From an uncultured Desulfobulbaceae bacterium (GTDB lineage Bacteria > Desulfobacterota > Desulfobulbia > Desulfobulbales > BM004): DNA of 64,000 nt. The notes under the pieces were generated by a model. The model was not told the DNA's origin. It searched no databases and was given only the letters and a program-made list of their open reading frames with translations. Shown here piece by piece: positions 28,990 through 38,965 of this stretch (its first letter is position 1; every line of letters begins with the position of its first letter). The DNA is taken from assembly GCA_945787325.1 (NCBI GenBank), contig CALZHP010000001.1, forward strand, positions 66,214 through 130,213, in the 5' to 3' direction. The translations under genes were made by a program, and so were the position numbers.

Positions 28990-30054
28990 TTAATGCTTTC
29001 GTTTTTGTATTCTTCTGAATTCAGGTAACAGCTCTAAAAATGCTTTAAAAATTCTGGGATCAAAGTGACTCCCGTTGCCCTCATTCATTATGGATAAAAC
29101 TTTTACCTCGGGAAATGCCGGCCGGTAAACCCTGTCATATGATAAAGCATCATATACATCAGCTATAGCAACAATTCGCGCAGATTCAGGTATTTCTTCT
29201 CCTTCAAGCCCTAGGGGGTACCCGGAACCGTCCCATTTCTCATGATGAGATTGTGCAATTTCACTGGCCAATTGGAGTAATGGTATGTCCGACCCTCCGA
29301 GGATACCTGCCCCAATCTGAGAGTGAGTTTTTATTGTTTCGAACTCTTCAGCAGTCAGTTTGCCTGGCTTCAGTAAAATGGAATCAGCAATTCCTATCTT
29401 GCCAACATCATGCATAGGAGCTGCAATCCTGATCTTGTCTACTTCCTCTGGTGACCAGCCAATATTTTGAGCAAGCATAGCTGAAACAGCACCTATACGC
29501 CTGATATGCTCACCTGTATCATCATCGCGATATTCAGCGGCCCAGACAAGGCGCATGGCAATTTCTTCCTCACGGCGCCTGATGTCTGCCGTGCGTTCGC
29601 TTACTTCCTGCTCAAGTTTTCTTTCATACTCTAAACTTTCAACAGTCAACCGCCTTCTTTCAAGAGAATTCACAACATTGATAATTATCTCGTTTTTGTC
29701 AAATGGCTTTATCATGTATCCGTAAGCGCCAAGTTCCAACGCATGAATCGCGATGTTTTTTTCATCAACTGCTGTCGCCATAATTACTGCCAAATCAGGA
29801 TATGAATTTTTGGTGAATTTTAATAGTTCAATTCCTGATTTACCCGGCATGTTTATATCGGAAATGAGCAATTTGTAAGAATTCTTATCAAGCATTTGCA
29901 GGGCATCATCTGTACTTTCAGCTATATCACACAAATAACCTTCCGGCTCAAGCCAACGAGCAAGCGTTTTACAGATATATAATTCATCGTCTACAATAAG
30001 AATTCTGGAAGCATCTTCAGAATAGTCAGCAGCTAAATTCTCCATGACAAACAT
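28990..30054 (-). CDS. Response regulator with HD-GYP output domain (RpfG-like)
   Basis: REC domain (ILIVDDE, LLISDINMPGKSG, MIKPF) plus HD-GYP domain (PMHDVGKIG, HHEKWDGSGYPLGL). Confidence 0.9.
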   Translation of the reverse strand: MFVMENLAADYSEDASRILIVDDELYICKTLARWLEPEGYLCDIAESTDDALQMLDKNSYKLLISDINMPGKSGIELLKFTKNSYPDLAVIMATAVDEKNIAIHALELGAYGYMIKPFDKNEIIINVVNSLERRRLTVESLEYERKLEQEVSERTADIRRREEEIAMRLVWAAEYRDDDTGEHIRRIGAVSAMLAQNIGWSPEEVDKIRIAAPMHDVGKIGIADSILLKPGKLTAEEFETIKTHSQIGAGILGGSDIPLLQLASEIAQSHHEKWDGSGYPLGLEGEEIPESARIVAIADVYDALSYDRVYRPAFPEVKVLSIMNEGNGSHFDPRIFKAFLELLPEFRRIQKRKH

Positions 30055-30240
30055 AATCTCCGAGGTTTTAGTTTAAGCTTCCCAAGATTAAATATTATTG
30101 GAAAAAACATGCCAATATAATTATACCCGCTTTTCCATAATACTAAAAAGCTAATTAGTAATATCAATAGGTTTTATATAGTATCGGATTGTATTCTATA
30201 ATAATTAAGAAAATTGTTAATATAAATAATAAAATTTATG

Positions 30241-31278
30241 TCAAATACGCTGCCATTTGAAAAGCAGAGAACCTAAGGTCAGAAAAAGTACCGACATTAC
30301 TGCAAGGGCAGATATCTGATAGGTTAAGTCAAATAAGCCTGCCCCGTTATTCATTATTCTGCGAGCGCAATCAACAAGATGGGTAAGCGGAAAAAATGAG
30401 GATAATTTTCTAACCCATGGCTCTGAACCTTCAAGTGAGAACCAAACCTCCGAGAGAAACATCATAGGCCAGGAAATCAGGTTTAATATGCCGCCCGCAA
30501 ATTCTTCGCTACTACTGCGCGATGCTATCAGTAAACCAAGCGCGACCATACTGAAACCACCAAGTGAACAGATAAATATGAGACTTACATATGAGCCGCG
30601 ATTTTCAAAGCCATATATTGTTTTGCATCCCACAAATACTATTGCAGTCGTGACTAGAAGCAGAAACATACGGGATACAACCTGGGCTGTTAAAAATTCA
30701 AAAGGTCTAGTAGGTGTAACACTCAACCTTTTTAATACACCATTTTTTCGATAGCGCACTACTACATATCCAACCCCGAATAGAGAGCTGAACATCATAT
30801 TCATCCCCAGAATCCCAGGAAAAAGCCATTCGATGTAAGGTACCTCCCAACCATCGATATTCTGCTTGATATACTCTACTTTTGATTCAATTTTTCCTGA
30901 CCATAAAAGTTTTTCAGCAATATATCCCTTTGGAGATGAATCGCTTATCCAATATTGCTTTTCAGCCGGATTAATAACAAGGTCGATCTTATGATGTTGC
31001 AAAATGTTTAACGCTTTTTCGTCAGAATCAAATGGAACAAATTCAATATATTTGGTTTGCAGAAATGTATTTAAATGTTCATCGTTTACGGATGTAACTA
31101 ACTGGTTATCAGACTGTATTACACCTACTTTATAAAAAGTCTGGCTGTCTTCGCTGAAAATAAAACTGAATCCGATTATTATCAGGAACGGAAATAGAAA
31201 ATTCCAGCCAAGAGCAGACTTATCCCGGTAAAACTCTTTATTTCTCGCGCTGAATAAAGTCCAGATTCGTTTCCACAT
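30241..31278 (-). CDS. ABC-2 type transporter permease
   Basis: 345 aa with an N-terminal TM, a large loop, then 5 further hydrophobic spans. Starts 14 nt after the ATPase gene stop. Confidence 0.8.
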   Translation of the reverse strand: MWKRIWTLFSARNKEFYRDKSALGWNFLFPFLIIIGFSFIFSEDSQTFYKVGVIQSDNQLVTSVNDEHLNTFLQTKYIEFVPFDSDEKALNILQHHKIDLVINPAEKQYWISDSSPKGYIAEKLLWSGKIESKVEYIKQNIDGWEVPYIEWLFPGILGMNMMFSSLFGVGYVVVRYRKNGVLKRLSVTPTRPFEFLTAQVVSRMFLLLVTTAIVFVGCKTIYGFENRGSYVSLIFICSLGGFSMVALGLLIASRSSSEEFAGGILNLISWPMMFLSEVWFSLEGSEPWVRKLSSFFPLTHLVDCARRIMNNGAGLFDLTYQISALAVMSVLFLTLGSLLFKWQRI

Positions 31279-31292
31279 GATAACTACACTTT

Positions 31293-32189
31293 TTATTCCC
31301 TGATATCTTTTCCGGTAAGTTTAAGGAAAAGATCTTCTAGATTCTGAGAACGTACGGACATCCCTGACATGTCTATCCCTTTTTCAAGCAGAAACTTAAT
31401 ACATTCATTGGGAGTATCAGTCTGTATTTCAATTTTGTCTTCTTTGCGATATAACAACCCGGGAATGTCGTGTAAATCACTATCGTCAATATTTCTGGTT
31501 AGGACAATAGTTGTACCACTGCAGTATTTTGTAAGTAGCGATTCCGGTGCACCCATGGCGATAATCCTACCGTGGTCCATAATCGCCACAGTATCACACA
31601 ATATTTGAGCTTCTTCCATATAATGGGTAGTCAAAACAACCGTTTTATTATTAGATTTTATCTGCTGGACAATGTCCCACAAATATCGACGGGCCTGTGG
31701 ATCAAGACCGGTTGTCGGTTCATCAAGGAATAAAAGTTCCGGATCATTTGCAAGTGCCATTGCCAGGAGTAACCTCTGTTTTTGTCCCCCCGAAATTTTC
31801 CTATTATCTTGATTATATATTTCCTGAAGACGGCATGATTCTATCAATCCTTTCAGGTCAGCTTTTCTGCCATAGAGATTACGAAACATTTCAAGTGTCT
31901 CACGTACAGTTAGAAATTGAGGAAGTTCAGTATTCTGAAACTGTATGCCGACCTCTTCCTTAAAACGATTGGCCCGGTGTTTACCTTTATATAGAACCTC
32001 GCCGGAGTCAGGTGAATATATTCCTTCAATAAGTTCAATAGTCGTTGTCTTTCCGGCTCCATTGGGGCCAAGCAGTCCGAAACAGCTCCCTTGTTTGATA
32101 GAAAAACTTATACCATCAACAGCTTTCACTTCTGGAAATTCTTTTGCAAGATCTATAACTTCTAAAATTTGAGCCATTTCGGTTGACAT
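31293..32189 (-). CDS. ABC transporter ATP-binding protein
   Basis: Walker A GPNGAGKTT, signature SGGQKQR, Walker B LLFLDEPTTGLD. Confidence 0.9.
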   Translation of the reverse strand: MSTEMAQILEVIDLAKEFPEVKAVDGISFSIKQGSCFGLLGPNGAGKTTTIELIEGIYSPDSGEVLYKGKHRANRFKEEVGIQFQNTELPQFLTVRETLEMFRNLYGRKADLKGLIESCRLQEIYNQDNRKISGGQKQRLLLAMALANDPELLFLDEPTTGLDPQARRYLWDIVQQIKSNNKTVVLTTHYMEEAQILCDTVAIMDHGRIIAMGAPESLLTKYCSGTTIVLTRNIDDSDLHDIPGLLYRKEDKIEIQTDTPNECIKFLLEKGIDMSGMSVRSQNLEDLFLKLTGKDIRE

Positions 32190-32256
32190 ATAAAATGGGT
32201 TATATCTTTTAGATGTATTGTAGGCTGAATGTCAGTACAATATTGTATTCGATTTA

Positions 32257-33168
32257 CTAACTTCTTTTCTTTTTCAGTGAATAATTGGCGGCTTCCCAAC
32301 CAGCAACACAACCTTCACCAACTGCTTTTGCCATCTGATATGGCTGTCCGGAAATGTCTCCGGCGGCAAAAATCCCCGCAATATTTGTCTTCTGTTTTTT
32401 GTCTGTATCTATGTGGGTAAAAGTTTCCTGGTCGAGTTGAACTCCTAAATTTGTTGCCAGTTCTATAGCACCCTTGGCACCAAGTTCGATAAAGATCCCT
32501 TCAACATCCAGGTTTTCTTCATCTTCCAAAATAAGACCATCTACCATGTTTACACCGGTAATTTCTTTTACCCAGTTTTCATCCAGTACTTTCACATTGC
32601 TGGAATTCAATTTTTCTTTTAATTCATTTGTGACAGTGAGACCTTTCGTTATCAGGAACACATCCGAAGCATACCCAAGCAAAGTCAGAGCCCCGTCAAC
32701 AGCAGCACTTTCATTTCCCACGACTGCAACTCTCACATTCCGATAAAAATTAGCGTCGCAGTCAACACAATAACTGACACCTTTGCCGGACAGTTCTTTT
32801 TCTCCTTTTACCTTCAGTTTCTTCCTTGAGGTCCCAGTTGCAAAAATCACCGACCTCGCCTGTAAATCTGTCCCGCTTTCTGTTTTTATTAAAAATAATG
32901 AGTCATTCTGATCAATGTGAAGTACATCCTCTTCAAGAACTTTGGCACCGAATCTTTTTATCTGATTAATTCCAGTCTCCAACAGCTCTTGTCCCTCTTT
33001 AACACCATCTATACATAAGTAGTTCTCAACATGGGCCCAATATAAGCTGCTTCTTTCAATACGACCCAATACTGTCACGCTGGCTTTTTTACGAACCGCG
33101 TGGACAGCGGCCTGCAAACCAGCAGGTCCTGCACCTATGATAACAACATCAATTATATTCTGGACCAT
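32257..33168 (-). CDS. Thioredoxin-reductase-like flavoprotein with degenerate NADPH-binding motifs
   Basis: FAD Rossmann VIIGAGPAGLQAA, redox CVDC (GVSYCVDCDANFY), and C-terminal FAAGD. The GGGNxAxEEA position reads GNESAAVDGA, and the HRRxxxR position reads ITKGLTV. Confidence 0.8.
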   Translation of the reverse strand: MVQNIIDVVIIGAGPAGLQAAVHAVRKKASVTVLGRIERSSLYWAHVENYLCIDGVKEGQELLETGINQIKRFGAKVLEEDVLHIDQNDSLFLIKTESGTDLQARSVIFATGTSRKKLKVKGEKELSGKGVSYCVDCDANFYRNVRVAVVGNESAAVDGALTLLGYASDVFLITKGLTVTNELKEKLNSSNVKVLDENWVKEITGVNMVDGLILEDEENLDVEGIFIELGAKGAIELATNLGVQLDQETFTHIDTDKKQKTNIAGIFAAGDISGQPYQMAKAVGEGCVAGWEAANYSLKKKRS

Positions 33169-33638
33169 GTGTTTTCTCCTCTGAAAGCTATATATAAATA
33201 CAATACAATTATTAATAAAAGATCTTCTAGACAGATAAGTACCTATGGGAACAAGTCCCTATCAAACTCAAATTAATATATGAATTAAAATCAGTAAATA
33301 AAGGTTCCCTACAAAATTATCTTCTGTTTAAGCTCATTCTCATACATGTACAAAGATCAATTTAAAAAAATAAACATATCCAATGAAAGAGACGAGATTA
33401 AATAAAATTAGTTCTGTAGTCCATATATTTTCAATTCATTATTAATTTCCTTTTCATGGTCGACATTATATAAATTATCGACTATATTAGATCGTTTTTA
33501 GCTATTTAAATTCATGTTTTACAATTTGATTTTCTTAAAAAATAAATATCCACTTTAGAAATTATTAGCTGCTAACTGGCAGATTTATTTAATACGAACA
33601 AAAGCTTATCGGCTCTGTTATTAATATAGATAATTATA

Positions 33639-34883
33639 ATGACCGAATCTCCTGAAAAGCAGAGGATTGTTATAACCGGTGTTGGTCTGGCATCTCCAAA
33701 CGCTGACAACTTAATTGAGTTCCGACAAAAAGTGATTGACGGTCAAAGCGGTATCAGCGAAATTGATCTCCGTTACGTTGGCAGAGTTCCAGCAGGAATA
33801 TGTTCATTTGCTGAAACGAAGTACCGTAAAAAAAAGGAAAATAAAAGAGGAACAAGAGCCGGCTGCCTTGGAGTTTATGTAGCTCATGAAGCAATAAATG
33901 ATGCCCAAATTGATTTCACTGAGTACGACCCTAATAAAACAGGAGTGTATATTGGACTTACAGAACACGGTACAGTTGAAACTGAAAACGAAATTTATAA
34001 TATAAGTCAGTTCGATTACAACACTGACTACTGGACACATCACCATAATCCAAGAACAGTATTAAATAATCCCGCCGGAGAAATAACCATGAGTCTGGGA
34101 ATTACCGGACCACATTATTCTATTGGCGGAGCCTGTGCTGCAGGTAATGCAGCGCTGATCCAGGGTGCACAAATGTTACAGTTGGGTGATGTTGACCTTG
34201 CCCTGGCCGGAGGAATCTCAGAAAGTACCGGATCATTTGGAATATTTGCAAGCTTCAAAGCACAGAATGCACTCGCTGCTCATGATGATCCTGCAAAAGC
34301 ATGCCGCCCTTTTGATATGAACAGAAATGGCATTGTTGTTTCAGAAGGAGCGTGTCTTTATACACTTGAAAGACTGGATGACGCATTAAAGAGAGGCGCC
34401 AGAATTTATGGTGAAATTGTCGGTTATGCCATGAACTCTGATGCACGGGATTTTGTCTTGCCTTATGGCAAAAGACAAGCTGAATGTATGATTAAAGCTT
34501 TGGATCGCGCAGGCCTTAAACCTGAAGATATTGATATTGTGAACACACATGCCACTGGCACAAAACAAGGTGATATAGAGGAATGTTCAGCGGTAAGAGA
34601 AGTATTTGCAAACAGCTCTTCAACGTATATAAATAATACAAAATGTATTATAGGTCACGCTATGGGTGCAGCAGGCGTTCTTGAACTTGCCGGCAACCTG
34701 CAAGCTTTTGAAGATAACATCGTTCACCCTACAACAAATCTAGAAAATCTTGACCCAATGTGCAACCTTCCAAATCTTGTACAAAATGAAGCTAAAAAGA
34801 TAAAAAATGTTAGAACTATTTTGAATAATTCCTTCGGTATGGTAGGAATCAATTCCGTAGTTATAATTAAAAAATACGAATGA
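33639..34883 (+). CDS. Beta-ketoacyl-ACP synthase (KAS I/II type, divergent)
   Basis: 414 aa with Cys-His-His triad contexts GGACAAGNAA, NTHATGTKQGD and IGHAMGAAG. Confidence 0.85.
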   Translation: MTESPEKQRIVITGVGLASPNADNLIEFRQKVIDGQSGISEIDLRYVGRVPAGICSFAETKYRKKKENKRGTRAGCLGVYVAHEAINDAQIDFTEYDPNKTGVYIGLTEHGTVETENEIYNISQFDYNTDYWTHHHNPRTVLNNPAGEITMSLGITGPHYSIGGACAAGNAALIQGAQMLQLGDVDLALAGGISESTGSFGIFASFKAQNALAAHDDPAKACRPFDMNRNGIVVSEGACLYTLERLDDALKRGARIYGEIVGYAMNSDARDFVLPYGKRQAECMIKALDRAGLKPEDIDIVNTHATGTKQGDIEECSAVREVFANSSSTYINNTKCIIGHAMGAAGVLELAGNLQAFEDNIVHPTTNLENLDPMCNLPNLVQNEAKKIKNVRTILNNSFGMVGINSVVIIKKYE

Positions 34884-34920
34884 GGATTTATATAGCTGCA
34901 ATGTTAAGGAGAAATACTCA

Positions 34921-35172
34921 ATGACACTTGAAGAAATTAAAAATGTAATTATTGAAATCATACAGGATATAGACGAGGATGCCGACCTCAGTAGCCTCAA
35001 TCCCAAGGAAGCTCTTCGTGATCAGCTTGATCTTGATTCGATGGACTTTCTTGACATTGTTATGGAACTGCGTAAACGATACAAAATCCAGATACCTGAA
35101 GCCGATTATCCTGAGCTAGCCTCACTTGACAGCTGCGTCAACTACCTCGGACCAAGGCTTCAGAGTTCTTAA
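34921..35172 (+). CDS. Acyl carrier protein (dedicated, non-AcpP type)
   Basis: 83 aa, acidic, with a phosphopantetheine-site-like LDLDSMDFLDIVMEL. Confidence 0.8.
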   Translation: MTLEEIKNVIIEIIQDIDEDADLSSLNPKEALRDQLDLDSMDFLDIVMELRKRYKIQIPEADYPELASLDSCVNYLGPRLQSS

Positions 35173-35180
35173 AAAGGACA

Positions 35181-36617
35181 TTGAGCAGCTATTCCCTCAT
35201 TATCATTGGTGGCGGCCTTTCAGGGCTCGCCGCCGGTATACGATTCGCCCGGTTTGGTGAAAATGTTCTCATCCTCGAAAAACATTCCAGGATAGGTGGT
35301 CTTAATTCGTATTACTATAGAAAAGGATTCCTTCTCGAAACCGGGTTGCATGCCATAACCAATTTTGCCCCACCCGACGTAAAAAGTGCGCCTATTAACA
35401 GGTTGTTTCGGCAGTTAAAAATTTCTCGACAACAGGTGGGTTTTCACGAACAGTTCTCAAGTCGTATATATTTCCAAGACCGGCCAACTCTTCATTTTTC
35501 AAACGATTTTAATTTGTTGAAAGATGAAATATCAAGACACTTCCCTGAATCCATCGATCGTTTCATCAGTTTCGTTAGTGAAATTGACAGAATCAATGCT
35601 TTCGTACCTGGGCCTCACGTTTCTGCCAGGAAAAAAATTCTTGCGGCACTTAACAACAAACTTCTGACAGACATGCTGCTCTGTCCCCTGCTGTTTTATG
35701 GGTCCAGCGAAGAAAATGACATGGACTTTAATCAGTTTATAATAATGTTCCGCTCTATCTATCAGGAGGGTTTTTTTCGACCTGATGGAACAATGAAGGA
35801 TTTTCTGCAACTTCTCAAACAGAAATATATTAATTTTGGGGGAAAGATACGACTTAAAACTGGAGTTAACAACATAATTTCAAGTAGTGAAAATAAAAGT
35901 TTTATACAGGGTGTACGCCTACATTCCGGTGAAGAAATAACTGCAGATTTTGTCCTTACTACAATAGGATACCCAGAAACCCTGAAGCTACTTAACAATA
36001 ATACTTCATTTAAAAAAAATAAAATTGATTCCTTGAAAGGAAAGCTTACTTTTACTGAATCAATTCATATCCTTCCTGCAGAAACCAAAAATAAGATCAC
36101 CAGCGACCAGACTATAATTTTTTACAACATCAGTGATCATTTTCGCTATGAAAAGCCTGCTGAGGCTGTTGATATCAACAGTGGAGTTATTTGTTTCCCT
36201 GAAAATTTTAAAGACCTTCCTGAAAAAGATATTTTTCAGCTTCGCGTCACACACCAGGCAAACTATGATATTTGGAAGCAGGCCTCTATTAATAGAGAAT
36301 CTGATGAATACGTAAATATGAAAGACAGCTGGAATCAAAAATCTGTTAAAACGGTAAGTAAAATAATTGGGAATTATCAAGAAAACGTTGTATATGAAGA
36401 CTCCTTTACCCCTGTAACTATTGAAAAGTATACAGGCAGAGCACAAGGCGCTATATACGGTAGCGCCTGCAAGTTAAAGGATGGAAAGATCAGGAATGAA
36501 TACGGCGCCTATGAAAATTTATATATAGCCGGAACAGATCAGGGATATCTGGGAATTATTGGTTCCATGCTGAGTGGAGTTTCAATTGTTAATCAGCATA
36601 TCTTGGGAAAAGTTTAA
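35181..36617 (+). CDS. FAD-dependent oxidoreductase, phytoene-desaturase/amine-oxidase superfamily (copy 1)
   Basis: TTG start 8 nt after the ACP stop. The N-terminal dinucleotide fold IIIGGGLSGLAAGIRFARFGENVLILEKHSRIGG begins at residue 6. 478 aa. Confidence 0.75.
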   Translation: MSSYSLIIIGGGLSGLAAGIRFARFGENVLILEKHSRIGGLNSYYYRKGFLLETGLHAITNFAPPDVKSAPINRLFRQLKISRQQVGFHEQFSSRIYFQDRPTLHFSNDFNLLKDEISRHFPESIDRFISFVSEIDRINAFVPGPHVSARKKILAALNNKLLTDMLLCPLLFYGSSEENDMDFNQFIIMFRSIYQEGFFRPDGTMKDFLQLLKQKYINFGGKIRLKTGVNNIISSSENKSFIQGVRLHSGEEITADFVLTTIGYPETLKLLNNNTSFKKNKIDSLKGKLTFTESIHILPAETKNKITSDQTIIFYNISDHFRYEKPAEAVDINSGVICFPENFKDLPEKDIFQLRVTHQANYDIWKQASINRESDEYVNMKDSWNQKSVKTVSKIIGNYQENVVYEDSFTPVTIEKYTGRAQGAIYGSACKLKDGKIRNEYGAYENLYIAGTDQGYLGIIGSMLSGVSIVNQHILGKV

Positions 36618-36747
36618 ATAGATAAACCTGGTCTAAAATATAGATAACCAGTATATTTTTTCAAATACTCCAAAACCACTCCGGAAGTTTTCCAACTTAA
36701 TTTATACGAAAAGACAACACCATAAAAAGTATAAATCATTCATTACA

Positions 36748-38166
36748 ATGTCACTTAAATCCTTAGATACCGCTTCAGAAAGTTATGATGCAATAGTTAT
36801 CGGTTCCGGGCTGGGCGGTCTAACTACTGCAAACCGCTTGGCAAACGCCGGACATAGTATTCTTCTTGTCGAACACCATCATCAGTTGGGCGGTCTGGCA
36901 ACATGGTTTAAAAGAAAAGGCCATATTTTTGATGTTTCATTGCACGGTTTTCCTTACGGGATGGTCAAAACATGCCGTAAATACTGGAATCGCGCCATAA
37001 TGGACTCTATTGTACAACTGAAAAACATTGTATTTGACAACCCACAGTTTTCCTTGCAAACAACTTTTGAGCGCCAGGATTTTACCGACATATTGCAGAA
37101 TAAATTCGGTATTAAGAACGAGGTTATTCAAAATTTCTTCTCAACAATAGGCAGCATGAATTTTTACGATGACCAGTCTATGACCACAAGGGAACTTTTT
37201 GAAAAGTTTTTCCCCGGTCGATCCGATGTTCATCGTCTGTTAATGGAACCAATAACATATGCAAATGGTTCCACCATGGAAGACCCAGCTATTACTTATG
37301 GTATTGTCTTTTCAAATTTCATGAATAAGGGTGTTTTTACTTTTAAAGGCGGTACTGATCAGCTCATTGGCATGATGGAAGAAGAACTGGTTAAAAACGG
37401 TGTGAAAATCTGTACAAGAGCCAAGGTTAACAGAATTGTCATTGAAAAGGGGCAAGTTCGTGGAGTCATGGCCGAGGGAAATGGTGAAGAACGTTTTATA
37501 CAAGCCCCCTGTGTGATATCCAATAGCGGCATACTTAACACAATCAATAACCTTGCAGGGAAAGATGCCTTTCCAAAAGAATTTCAGGAAGCTACTAACA
37601 AAGTCAGAGTCAATAACTCTAGTTGTCAGGTATATATTGGTATAAAGGACGGAGAAATTATTGATGATGTCGGCGACCTTCTTTTCACATCAAAAGCAGA
37701 ACATTTTTCATCAGAAGAGCTTCTCGACATGCACACAAAAAGTAAAACTTTCTCTGTCTACTACCCCAAAACCAGACCGGGCCATAACCGTTACACAATA
37801 GTTGCTTCAATGAACGCACGGTATGATGACTGGGCGCATTTAACCGATGATAATTATCAGCAGGAGAAAGATAATTTGATTAAGCGCACTATGAGCGACC
37901 TTGAAAAATACCTTCCTGGAGTTACCGATAAATGCGACTGGCTTGAAGCTGCCACTCCAAAAACCTTTCACAGATATACCTTTCATACGAAAGGTACCTC
38001 TTTTGGAACCAAGTTTGAAGGTCTAGACGTTTCCAGATCTATCTCCAAAGTTGTAAAAGGATTGTTTCATGTCGGCTCTGTTGGTATTATCATGTCCGGC
38101 TGGCTTGGCGCCATTAACTATGGTGTTATTGTTGCTAACGACGCCGATGCATATTTACGAAGCTGA
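36748..38166 (+). CDS. FAD-dependent oxidoreductase, phytoene-desaturase/amine-oxidase superfamily (copy 2)
   Basis: AIVIGSGLGGLTTANRLANAGHSILLVEHHHQLGG. 472 aa, with the same overall layout as copy 1. Confidence 0.75.
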   Translation: MSLKSLDTASESYDAIVIGSGLGGLTTANRLANAGHSILLVEHHHQLGGLATWFKRKGHIFDVSLHGFPYGMVKTCRKYWNRAIMDSIVQLKNIVFDNPQFSLQTTFERQDFTDILQNKFGIKNEVIQNFFSTIGSMNFYDDQSMTTRELFEKFFPGRSDVHRLLMEPITYANGSTMEDPAITYGIVFSNFMNKGVFTFKGGTDQLIGMMEEELVKNGVKICTRAKVNRIVIEKGQVRGVMAEGNGEERFIQAPCVISNSGILNTINNLAGKDAFPKEFQEATNKVRVNNSSCQVYIGIKDGEIIDDVGDLLFTSKAEHFSSEELLDMHTKSKTFSVYYPKTRPGHNRYTIVASMNARYDDWAHLTDDNYQQEKDNLIKRTMSDLEKYLPGVTDKCDWLEAATPKTFHRYTFHTKGTSFGTKFEGLDVSRSISKVVKGLFHVGSVGIIMSGWLGAINYGVIVANDADAYLRS

Positions 38167-38224
38167 TTAAATATTTGGATCACATATGAAACTCTGTAAT
38201 ATATTTTAATTTTTTGGAGAGAAA

Positions 38225-38965
38225 ATGCCTGATTTCAAAGGACAAAAAGCAATAATTACCGGAGCAACTCGTGGCATCGGTAAAGCGTTGGCAATTTCTT
38301 TTCTTGAAGCGGGTGCAACTGTGATTGGCACTTTTGCAGGAAATGATGAAGCTGCCGAAATATTTAAATCTGAAAATTCCCGATTTTCCGATCGCTTTTA
38401 TCTTTATAAATTTGATGTTGCCGATCACAGTGCTGTTGCAGATTTTTATAAAGAGGTTGAAGAAAAGTTCGATACCATCGATATCCTAGTAAATAATGCA
38501 GGAATTCGAAGAGACAAGGTTCTTGCCATGATGCCTCCTGAAGACTGGAATAAGGTTGTGGATGTTAATCTTACCGGCACTTACAACATGAGCAAACATG
38601 CTGTTCTTCTCATGATGAAACAAAAATACGGCCGAATAATTCATATTACTTCACCCATGGCGCACCTGGGTTTTGCCGGCCAGTCTAATTATGCAGCATC
38701 CAAGGCAGGTCAAATAGGCATCATGCATTCCCTTTCAAAAGAAGTTGCAAAAAGGAAAATAACTGTAAACTGCGTTTCTCCCGGATTTATTGAAACAGGC
38801 CTGTTGGACGGGTTGTCAGATGAACAGCTTTCAGAATACCGTAAACAAATACCTTTGAAGCGATTCGGGAAACCTGATGAAGTTGCTTCCGCTGTGTTGT
38901 TTCTTGCGGGCCGAGACGCGTCATATATTACAGGGTCTGTTCTTGAGGTTGATGGTGGATTGTAA
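38225..38965 (+). CDS. 3-oxoacyl-ACP reductase (FabG-like SDR)
   Basis: TGATRGIGKA cofactor motif, NNAG, and catalytic YAASKAG. Confidence 0.85.
   Translation: MPDFKGQKAIITGATRGIGKALAISFLEAGATVIGTFAGNDEAAEIFKSENSRFSDRFYLYKFDVADHSAVADFYKEVEEKFDTIDILVNNAGIRRDKVLAMMPPEDWNKVVDVNLTGTYNMSKHAVLLMMKQKYGRIIHITSPMAHLGFAGQSNYAASKAGQIGIMHSLSKEVAKRKITVNCVSPGFIETGLLDGLSDEQLSEYRKQIPLKRFGKPDEVASAVLFLAGRDASYITGSVLEVDGGL

Noticed and set aside
33577-33592. TGGCAG-N5-TTTAA resembling a sigma-54 -24/-12 promoter upstream of the KS gene.
   Set aside because: The -12 GC dinucleotide is missing, and no enhancer-binding-protein gene or upstream activator repeats are evident.
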